This document shows positions 9,879 through 19,200 of a stretch of DNA of 64,000 nt, piece by piece; the first letter of the stretch is position 1, and each line of letters begins with the position of its first letter. A program made the position numbers and the translations under genes. Origin of the DNA: Candidatus Eiseniibacteriota bacterium (GTDB lineage Bacteria > Eisenbacteria > RBG-16-71-46); NCBI GenBank assembly GCA_963707915.1, contig OY970178.1:2176001-2240000 (forward strand). The letters are read 5' to 3'. Below the pieces are notes generated by a model. It was given only the letters and a program-made list of their open reading frames with translations. It was not told the DNA's origin and did not search any database.

Positions 9879-12759
9879 CTACTTCCGGCTCGCGTCCGTC
9901 GCGGACCCGGCCGGCCGCGCCTTCGCCTCCGCGGCGCGCTTGAGCGTCAGGAAGACGCGCTCCGGATCGAGCGGCAGCTCGAAGAACTCGACGCCGGTGG
10001 CGTTCGCGACCGCGTTGCCCACCGCGCCCGGCACCGAGATCATCGGGTGCTCGGCCACGCCGCGCGCGCCGTAGGGCCCCTGCGGATGCGGCGTCTCGAC
10101 GAAGAACTGCCGCATCTCGGCCGGGATGTCCTTGGCGGTCGGGATCTTGTAGTCGGTGAACGAGTTGTTGAGCAGCCGGCCGTTCTGGAACACGAACTTC
10201 TCCATGACCGCCGAGCCCAGCCCCTGCACCACGCCGCCGATCACCTGCATGCGGCACTGCTGCGCGTTCAGCACCTTGCCCGCGTCGAAGGCCGAGACGA
10301 GCCGGAGCACGCGGATGTGGCCGGTGTCGGTGTCCACCTCGAGCTCGACGGCGTGCGCGCCGTAGGTCCAGTTGAGCGCCGGCAGCCCCTGGCCGGTCTC
10401 GCGGGTCGAGGTTGGTGAGGCCGGTCGCGATGTAGCGGCCCTTGCCGATCACCGGCCCGCCGATGCTGCTGCCGTCGGGGTAGGTGTAGCCCAGCACGAG
10501 CTGGCTGTAGTCGAGCGTGCGGGCGGGCTTGCCCTTCACCCAGACCTTGCCCTCGTCGCACTCGATCTGGTCGGGCGGGGCGTGCAGCGCCTGCCCGGCG
10601 ACATCGCGGATCTGGTCGAGGCACTCCTTCGCCGCCTGGATGACGGCGTTGCCGCCCATCACCGAGAAGCGGCTCGCCACCGTCTGCCAGTCGTAGGGCG
10701 TGTAGTCGGTGTCGCTGTCCCACGGCACGCGCACCTTCTCGAGCGGGAGCCGCAGCTCGTCCGCCGCGATCTGCGCGAGCGCGGTGTAGGTGCCCTGGCC
10801 GTAGTCCACGCCGCTCACCAGCACGTTGGCCGAGCCGTCGCCGTTGAACAGGATGGTGACCGAGCACGAGGTGTAGGTCGGCATGGCCGGCGCCTTGTGC
10901 AGCATCGCCACGCCCTTCGCCCGCACCTTGCCGGAGCCCGGCGCGACCGGCTTCGCCGCGCGCGCCTTCGGATCCCAGCCGATCGCCTCGCTGACCAGCC
11001 GCAGGCACTCCTCGGGCCGGCCGTGGCCCGTCGGTGAACGGCTCGCCGGTGATGGTGGTCTCGCCCACGCGCAGCAGGTTCTTGCGGCGGAACTCGACCG
11101 GGTCGATGCCCAGCGCGCGCGCCACCATGTCCATGTTGCGCTCGATGCCCCACAGCACCTCGAGGTGGCCGAAGCCGCGGTAGGCGGTGCCGTGGATCTT
11201 GTTGGTGTAGACCACCAGGGAGTCGAGTCTTGCAGTTCGGGCACCACGTAGGGCCCGGCGCCGGAGTAGGCCGCCGCGCGCCCGACGTTGACGCCGTAGT
11301 CGGCGAAGGCGCCCGCGTCCCACAGGTAGGTGAGGTCGAGCGCGGTGATGCGGCCGTCCTTCGTCACCCCGGTCTTGATGGTGCTCTGCAGGCCCTGGCG
11401 CGAGGGCAGGGTGTTGAACTCCTCCTCGCGCGTGGCGCTGATCTTCACCGGGCGCCCGCCGGCCGCCTTCGACAGGCAGTAGACCAGCGGCTCGAGGTGG
11501 ATGCCGGCCTTGCCGCCGAAGCCGCCGCCGACGTAGGGCACCCGCACGCGCACCTTGCTCGGGGGCCATGCCGAAGGTGCGGCAGAACAGCGTGCGCACG
11601 GTGAACGGCGACTGGGCCGAGGTGATGATCTCGACCTCGCCGTCGGCCCGCGCGGTGGCGATGGCGACGTGCGTCTCCATCGGCACGTGCTGGACCGGCG
11701 GGTTCTGGAAGCGCGAACTCGAACACGCGGTCCGCCTCGGCCATGCCCTTCTCGACGTCGCCCTTGCGGATCTTCTGGTGGTGGGCGGTGTTGCGGCCCG
11801 GCTGCGGGAAGAACACGCCCTTCATCCACGAGTAGTCCGCCAGGCCGGGGTGCACCTGCGGCGCGCCCTCCTTCAGCGCGGCGTGCACGTCGAGCACCGG
11901 CTCCAGCACCTCGTAGTCGATCTCGATCGCCAGCGTGGCGAGCTTGGCCTGGATCCAGGTCTCCGCCGCCACCGCCGCCACCGCCTCGCCCTGGTGGTGC
12001 ACCACGCCGCGGGCGAGGATGTCCTTGTCCTCCATGTAGAGCCCGAGCTTGTAGGGCAGGTCGGCGCCGGTGAGCACCGCCTTCACCCCCGGCATCGCCT
12101 TCGCCTTCGACACGTCGATGCGCCGGATGCGCGCCGAGGGGTGCGGCGAGGTGAGGATGCGGCCGTGCAGCATGCCCGTCCAGCACCATGTCGTGCACGA
12201 ACGTCGCCGAGCCCGTCACCTTGGCCGCGGCGTCCACGCGGTTGACCTCGCCGCCCACGTAGGGCGCGGTGGGCGCCGCCTTCGCGCGGTAGTTCCCCTT
12301 CGCCACCGCCTCGACCGCTTCGATGATGGGCTGGTAGCCGGTGCAGCGACAGTAGTTCCCCGAGAGCGCCTCGACGATCTCGTCGCGCGTCGGGTTGGGC
12401 TTGCGCTTCAGCAGCGCGCGCGCGGAGGCCAGCATGCCCGGCGTGCAGAAGCCGCACTGGATCGCGCCGTGGTCCACGAACGCCTGCTGCAGGGCGGAGA
12501 GCGTGCCCGGCTCGCCGTTCTCGGCCTCGGCGGTCTCGATGACCGCGCCGTCGGCCTCGACCGCGAACACCAGGCAGGAGTTCACCGGCTTGCCGTCCAG
12601 GATCACCGTGCACAGCCCGCACTCGCCGATGTAGCAGCCCGACTTCACGCTGTGCTGGTGCAGGTCCTCCGACAGCAGCTGGTGCAGCGTGCGGTCGGCC
12701 GGGACCTCGAGCGTCGAGGTCTCGCCGTTCACCGTCAGGGTGATGCGGTGGAGGCTCAT
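9879..12759 (-). CDS. Xanthine dehydrogenase-family Mo-hydroxylase: 2Fe-2S subunit fused to molybdopterin-binding subunit; about 6 frameshifts
   Basis: GCYIGECGLCTV and QCGFCTPG...CRCTGY Fe-S motifs run in frame into RVDAAAKVTG; later segments carry GGGFGGK, AYRGFG, GQGTYT, TDYKIPT and GARGVAE (catalytic Glu). Confidence 0.88.
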
Positions 12760-13608
12760 GACGGCCTCCCCGTCGCCGAGCAGCCGGCGCGCGAGCCGGC
12801 GGCACAGCACGGCGGTCATCTCGCGCCGGTACTCGGCCGAGGCCCGCACGTCGTCGATCGGCAGGATGTGCTCCAGGGCCAGCGCGGCGAGGCGCTCGCC
12901 CACGTCCTTCGGGTCCGACCGGGGCCCCACCCCGGCGAGCGCCGGCACCAGCGCCGGCCGCACCGCGCACGAGCCGATCGCCACGCGCAGCGTGCCCGCG
13001 ACCGGGTCCCAGGCGGCGGCCGAGTTCACGATCGCCAGGTCGTGCCCGTACGAGCGCTTGATCTTGTCGAACGCGCTGGTCAGCCCCGCCGGCCGGCTTC
13101 GGCACGACCACCGCCGTCACCAGCTCGCCGGGGGCGAGCGCGGTCTGCTTGACGCCCAGGAAGAAGTCCGCGAGCGGCGCCTCGCGCGTCCCCTGCGGGC
13201 CCGCGACCCGCAGCCGTCCGTTCAGCACCAGCAGCGGCGGGGCGGTGTCCATGCAGGGCGAGGCGTTCGAGAGGTTCCCGGCGACGGTGGCCCGCCAGCG
13301 GATCTGCAGCGAGCCGATCGCCTCCGCGCCCTCCGCGAGCGCGGTGAAGGCCTCGCGGATGCGCCGTCCTCGGCCACGTCCTGCACCCGCACGCAGGCGC
13401 CGATCTCCAGCTCGCCCGCCGGCGTCCAGGTGATCCTCCCCAGCTCGGGGATGCGCTTGATGTCCACCAGCACGTCGGGTCGCGGACCGCCGCGCAGCGC
13501 GATCATCAGGTCGGTCCCGCCGGCCAGGATCCTCGCGCCCGCCGGCCCGGCCAGCAGCGCGGTGGCCTCGGCCACCGTGCCCGGTCTCTCGTAGCGGAAG
13601 CCACTCAT
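12760..13608 (-). CDS. FAD-binding (medium) subunit of XDH/CODH-family enzyme; frameshifts near 13362 and 13080
   Basis: YERPGTVAEA, LAGGTDL, VDIKRIPEL, RATVAGNLSNASP, PIDDVRASAEYRR; no stop before the Fe-S ATG in this sequence. Confidence 0.85.
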
Positions 13609-13693
13609 GGTCTCTTCTCCCCTGCGGTCCACGGTCCGGAACGCCGGTGCGCCCGCGGTCGCGAGCGCGCCGCGGGGCACCGGGCGCTTCCGG

Positions 13694-14033
13694 CTAGACG
13701 GCGGTGAAAACCAGCCCGGTGATGTCCTTGCCGTTGGTCTCGCGCACCTTGCCGACGTGCGCCCGCACGCGCGCGCCGGTCTTCGGCTCGGCGATCTCCA
13801 GCCGGCCGGTCGCCCGCACCCCCATGTCCAGCTCGACGATGCCGAGCGTGACGTAGAGCTGGGCGTAGTCCAGCGGCAGCGCGTAGACGCGCGTCCAGGT
13901 CAGCAGCTTGCCCTCGCCCTCGACCGGGACCGGCTCGAACTGGGTGCCGCGGCAGGACGGGCAGTAGAAGTGCGTCGGATACGACGAGCTTGCCGCAGTT
14001 CTTGCACTTGGCGGCTTCGACGTTCATGGCCAT
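13694..14033 (-). CDS. DUF35 Zn-ribbon/OB-fold protein; frameshift near 13983
   Basis: KCKNCGK...YPTHFYCPSC...GEGKLLTWT...LGIVELD after frame correction; adjacent to a thiolase-fold gene. Confidence 0.85.
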
Positions 14034-14034
14034 G

Positions 14035-15222
14035 TCACACCCCCCGCTTGAGCACGGTGGCGACGACGTTGTTGCCGAAGCCGCCGAAGTTCACGGCGAA
14101 GCCGTGCTTCGGCTGGTTCGGCACCTGGTAGTCGCCCGCCTCGCCGCGCAGCTGCAGCACCAGCTCCACGATCTGCGACACGCCGGTGTTGCCCACGGGA
14201 TGCCCGCGCGACTTGAGCCCGCCCGACGGGTTGATGGGCAGCTTCCCGCCGATCTTCGTCTCGCCCCGCTCGAGCGCCTTGTGGCCCTCGCCCTTCTTGA
14301 AGAAGCCGCACTCCTCGCTCTCGGCGATCTCGAGGATGGTGAAGGCGTCGTGCAGCTCGGCCACGTCGATGTCCTTCGGCTTGAGCTTCGCCATGGCGAA
14401 CGCCCGCTCCGCCGCCATCCGCACCGCGGTCAGCTCGGTCGGGTCGGGCCGGTCCTGCACCGCCTGCGAGTCGGTCGCCTGGCCCATGCCGGCGATCAGC
14501 ACCGGCGTCTTCTTGAACTCCTTCACCATGTCGGCCGGGGCCAGCAGCACCGCCGAGGAGCCGTCGCTCACCGGGCAGCAGTCGAAGAAGCGCAGCGGCT
14601 CGGCGATCCACGGGTTGTTGTTGAGCGCGTCCGGCCCGGTCAGGATGCCCTCCATCGTGACCGGGATGCGCAGGTGCGCCTTCTTGTTCTTCGCGCCGTT
14701 GAGGTGGTTCTTGATCGCCACCATCGCCAGGTGCCGGGCCTCGACCCCGTAGCGCTCCATGTACAGGCGCGTGAACATCCCCGCCAGCGCGGGCAGCGTC
14801 ACGCCGTAGACGTACTCGGCGTAGCGGTGCGAGAGGTACGAGACGAACTCGGTCGCCTCGAAGTTGTTGACCTCCTGCATGCGCTCGCCGCCGCACACCA
14901 GCACCAGGTCGCAGTAGCCCGAGGCCACGGAGTGCACGCCGTGCTTGATGGCCGAGGCGCCCGAGGCCGGGCCGTTCTCGATGGTCTCGGAGACCGCGTG
15001 CGGGTACAGGTTCATCCGGTCGACGAGCCCGCTGGACAGGCCGGCCATGCGGTTGTTGCGCGGGGCGCCCATGTTGGCGACGTAGACCGCGTCGATCTTC
15101 CGCTCGCCGATGCCGGCGTCCACGATGGCGTCGTGCGAGGCCTCGCACATCATCTTGAGCAGGCTCCACTGGGCCCGCCCGAACTGCGTCGAGCCCACGC
15201 CGACGATGGCCACGTCCCTCAT
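14035..15222 (-). CDS. Thiolase-fold protein (SCP2/archaeal type) lacking the nucleophilic Cys
   Basis: VAIVGVGST, DCCPVSDG, AELHDAF, INPSGGLKSRGHPVG; ENGPASG replaces the usual ENACASG. Confidence 0.9.
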   Translation of the reverse strand: MRDVAIVGVGSTQFGRAQWSLLKMMCEASHDAIVDAGIGERKIDAVYVANMGAPRNNRMAGLSSGLVDRMNLYPHAVSETIENGPASGASAIKHGVHSVASGYCDLVLVCGGERMQEVNNFEATEFVSYLSHRYAEYVYGVTLPALAGMFTRLYMERYGVEARHLAMVAIKNHLNGAKNKKAHLRIPVTMEGILTGPDALNNNPWIAEPLRFFDCCPVSDGSSAVLLAPADMVKEFKKTPVLIAGMGQATDSQAVQDRPDPTELTAVRMAAERAFAMAKLKPKDIDVAELHDAFTILEIAESEECGFFKKGEGHKALERGETKIGGKLPINPSGGLKSRGHPVGNTGVSQIVELVLQLRGEAGDYQVPNQPKHGFAVNFGGFGNNVVATVLKRGV

Positions 15223-15968
15223 ATGCGGGCCTCCAGCGTGTTCTCGATCTGGGTCAGCATCACGCGCAGGTCCGGCTCGCGCAGCGGGTAGGACGAGGCC
15301 AGCAGCTCGGCGGAGACCGGGCGCGTGCCCGTGACCAGCCGCGACTTGGCCTTGAAGTAGGTGTCGCGGGTCAGCACCCAGGCCGGCGCGCCGCCCAGCT
15401 CGTGCTGCACCTCGAACTTCTTGTCGAGCGGGTACTCGATCATCCAGCGACGGTGGCCGATCGGGCTCTCGGCCACGATCCAGACCTCGTCCTGGCCCAG
15501 GTACTCGATGTGGTGCTCCATCTTCGAGGCGAACAGGTGCGAGCCCACCCGCAGCCCGCGCTTGAGCGTCAGCGTGTGGAACGAGACGCCGTGCTTCTCG
15601 TCGAACAGCCGGCCGTTCACGATGCCGGCCAGCACGCCGTCGATCACCCCGACCAGGCAGTACTCGTTGCGCACGCGGTAGGTCTTCCAGCCCAGCAGCT
15701 CGGCGAACAGGCGGGCCGAGACGATGTCGTAGAAGTCGCGGCTCAGCCAGGAGAGCGGCTGGATGACCTTGAGCATCAGGTCCACCTCGTCCACCGAGGC
15801 CTGGCGCACGACCATGGTCTCGCCGCTCGCGAGCAGGACGGCCTTGGGGGGATAGGGGGCCATGGGCAGCACCGGTGGCCGCAACATGGCCTCGAGTTCG
15901 TCGATCATGCGCTCCTCCTCGGAGGTGAGGTACTCGTCGGCATCCCAGTCGTAGACAGGGGGGCTCAT
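15219..15968 (-). CDS. Putative GNAT-like N-acyltransferase / conserved hypothetical protein
   Basis: 249-aa ORF with strong GC3 codon bias; CLVGVIDGVLAGIV and TLKRGLRVGSHLF resemble GNAT strands and motif A; ATGA overlap with the thiolase. Confidence 0.65.
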   Translation of the reverse strand: MSPPVYDWDADEYLTSEEERMIDELEAMLRPPVLPMAPYPPKAVLLASGETMVVRQASVDEVDLMLKVIQPLSWLSRDFYDIVSARLFAELLGWKTYRVRNEYCLVGVIDGVLAGIVNGRLFDEKHGVSFHTLTLKRGLRVGSHLFASKMEHHIEYLGQDEVWIVAESPIGHRRWMIEYPLDKKFEVQHELGGAPAWVLTRDTYFKAKSRLVTGTRPVSAELLASSYPLREPDLRVMLTQIENTLEARI

Positions 15969-16028
15969 CGAAGGCTCCAGGCTGAAACGGGTCGCCCGCC
16001 GGACAGGAAACGGTGGGCAGAACCCGAT

Positions 16029-16057
16029 TCGATACCACTTTCGCGCGGTTCCAGCAA
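16029..16057 (-). promoter_or_regulatory. Candidate sigma70 promoter of the catabolic operon
   Basis: Minus strand TTGCTG-N17-TATCGA with extended-10 TG, about 60 nt upstream of ATG 15968. Confidence 0.3.
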
Positions 16058-16231
16058 CGAAGTGAGGACTTTCGGGCCATTCGACGGGACCGAAGGACGG
16101 GCGGAACCGCGGATCCCGGTGGGAAGAATCCCGCAGCGGGTCGGGATCGAGGAAGCCACGGGCGGAGAGCGTCGAGCGAGGCGGCCACCCCGGTGTCGAG
16201 GTGGCCGCCCCGTGAACGACCCCTCCCGGTC

Positions 16232-19200
16232 TCAGCGAACGATCACGGCCCGGGCCGTCAACCTGCGGCTGCCCCTTGCCAGGCGCACCAGGTACACGCC
16301 CGGTGCCAGCGAGCGTCTCTCTCCCAACTGCACCACGTGACTGCCGCCACCGAGCGGTCCGACCTCCCGCACCGCCACCCGGCGTCCGGCCAGGTCGAAC
16401 GCCTCCAGCCGCGCCGGCGCGGCATCGGGCAGCGAGAACGCCACCGCCAGCGCCACCGTCGCCGGGTTCGGGCACACCCCGGCGAGCGCCAACTCCGCGA
16501 CGCGCGGCACGTCCACCCAGGTCTCGCCCGCGAAGACCTCCCGTCCCTGGTCGAGCACGCCGAGCCGGTAGCCGTATCGCGTGCCCGGGGTCACCTGCCG
16601 GTCCTCGTAGACGACCAGCCCGGTCCCGTCCGCGGAGACGCTGCCAAGCGCGCTCCACGCTGCGTCGGCCACGCGCCGGTACACCGTCACGGCGCCACCA
16701 TCGCCGCCCGCCGTGTACCACGTCAGGCGCACCCGGTCCGGGTCGGCCAGCGCGCTCACCAGCGAGAGCAGCACCGGCGTGGACACGTCGTGGAGGTTGT
16801 GAGAGCAGGTGACGTGCTGCGGCAGGCCGCGCAGCGTCACGCGGAAGACCAGCGGGTTCAGGCCGTTCGCCGCGCTGTCCGGCACCGGGACCGAGAGGGG
16901 GACCGGCGCCGTGCCGTCCGCGCCGACCACGACGCTCCCCGAGACCGGGAAGCCGGGCCAGTCGCGTCCGCTCGCGAGCGTGTAGTCGGCGGTCTGCGCG
17001 AAGGCGTAGGGGTTGGTGACGCCGTAGCCGAGGTCACTGCTCGCTCCCGCCGTCCACACGACGTCCGCAGGGCAGGTCACGCCGGCCAGGGCGGGCGCGC
17101 CCCAGGTCAGCGACCGGATCTCGCTGCATGGGTTCGCGACCCAGCCGCCGACGAGCATCATGCGATCGCGCAGCGGATCGTAGATCGCGCTGTGGCCGTA
17201 CCGCGCGTTCGGCGGTGAGCCGGAGGGAGTCAGTTGCGTCCACTCGGGCGTGCCCGCCAGCGAGAGGGCCCAGACGTCGTCGAGGGGGTGCTCGCCGCCG
17301 CCCCCGAACACCACCATGCGGTCGCGCACCGGGTCGTAGATCGCGCTGTGGCACATTCGCGCGCCCGGCGGCGTGCCGGTGGGCGTCAACTGCATCCAGG
17401 CCGGCGCGCCGGCCAGCGAGAGGGCCCAGACGTCGTTGAGGCGGTAGTCGCCGTAGCCCCCGAACACCACCATGCGGTCGCGCACCGGGTCGTAGATCGC
17501 GCTGTGGCACATTCGCGCGCCCGGCGACGTGCTGTAGGGAGTCAGGTCCGTCCACCTGGGTGTGCCCGCCAGTGACAACGCCCAGACATCGTCGAGGCGG
17601 ATGTCCCCGCTGTCGTCGCCCCCGAACACCACCATGCGATCGCGCACCGGGTCGTAGATCGCGACGAGGCCGACCCGGCCGACCGGGGGCGCGCCCGTGG
17701 GCGTCAGTCTCGTCCAGGCCGGGGTGTCCCCCATGGACAGTGACCATACGTCGTTCCGGAATTCGGCCGATCCGTCGAGGCCCCCGAACACGACCATTCG
17801 CTCGCGCACCGGGTCGTAGATCGCGCTGTGGAGGCACCGCGCGCTCGGCCGCGTGCCCGTCGGTTCCAGCGCCGTCCAGGTCGGCTTGTCCGCCGGCGAC
17901 AGCGACCAGACGTCATTGAAGGTGGCCGAGGCCCCATCACCTCCGAACACGACCATGCGGTCGCGCACCGGATCGTAGATCGTGCTGTGGAGGAACACCC
18001 CGGGCTGGGAATGGGAACCGGTCCAGGCCAGCGTGTCCGCCAGCGACAATGCCATGACGTCGTTGTAGTAGGCGTACCAAGGGGAGAGCCTGGCGACGCC
18101 CGCGAACACCAGCATGCGGTCGCGCACCGGATCGTAGATGGCGCCGTGACCGGCCCGCGCACCCGGCAACGTGCCGTCGGGTGCCAGCGCCGTCCACGCC
18201 GACGTGCCTGCGAGTGGGAACGCCCAGGTGTCTTCGAGCAGGCCGTCGAGGCCCGTACCCCCGAACACGATCATGCGGTCACGCACCGGGTCGTACACGG
18301 CGCTGTGGGCAAGCCGTGCGCCCGGCGAGGCTCCGTTCGGCGACAGCATCGTCCAGGCCGCCGTGCCCGCCAGCGGCAATGCCCAGGCGTCCCCGTAGGA
18401 GTAGTTCGCAGGGTAGGCGCCGGCGCCACCCCCGAACACCACCATGCGGTCACGCACCGGGTCGTAGATCGCGCTGTGGAGGTACCGTCCGCCCGGCGTG
18501 GTCGGGGAGTTCGGCAGCGCCGTCCAGCCCGGCGTGCCCCCCAGTGACAGCGCCCAGACGTCGTTGTACCAGCGCCAATCGTCATAGCCCCCGAACACCA
18601 CCATGCGGTCGCGCACCGGGTCGTAGATCGCGCTGTGCCCGTAACGCGCGTTCGGCAGCGAACCGGACGGGGTCAACAGCGTCCACTCGGTCGTGTCCCC
18701 CAGCGACAACGTCCAGACGTCGTTGCGGCGGTAGCCGTCGAAGCCTCCGAACACCACCATGCGGTCGCGCACCGGGTCGTAGATGGCGGTGTGGGAATAG
18801 CGCGCGCTCGGCGGCGTGCCGTCGGGCGTCAACTGGGTCCAGGCCGGCGCGCCCGCCAGCGTGAGCGCCCAGACGTCGTTGCGGGCGGAACCGTCGTAGC
18901 CCCCGAACACCACCATGCGGTCGCGCACCGGATCGTAGACCGCGCTCGGGTAGTCCCGCGCGCTCATCGGGCTGACCGGGATGATTCCCGGGTCGGGCTC
19001 GGACCACGAACCGTCGTCCGCCGCCGGAGCGCGGGTCGGGGGGGCCGGGCGGGTGTCGGTCGCAGGAGGACGGAGCGCCGACGGATCGCTCCCGCGCGCC
19101 AGGCGCATCATGAGTGCGCGCTGCCAGCGCGGCAGCAGCGTGTCGGCCGCTGCTAGCGCCAGTCCCTGGCGCGCTTCGGGCGCCAGCGACGGCACGCCCG

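Noticed and set aside
15969..16231. Moco or purine riboswitch upstream of the catabolic operon
   Set aside because: Short ATCCCG/CGGGAT inverted repeats exist, but I could not match a known aptamer consensus by eye; an Rfam scan would be needed.
17100..18965. Regularly spaced ~35-nt DNA repeats resembling a CRISPR array
   Set aside because: They are in-frame Kelch blade cores inside a 1022-aa ORF; the spacers are about 120 nt and homologous to each other; no cas genes are present.
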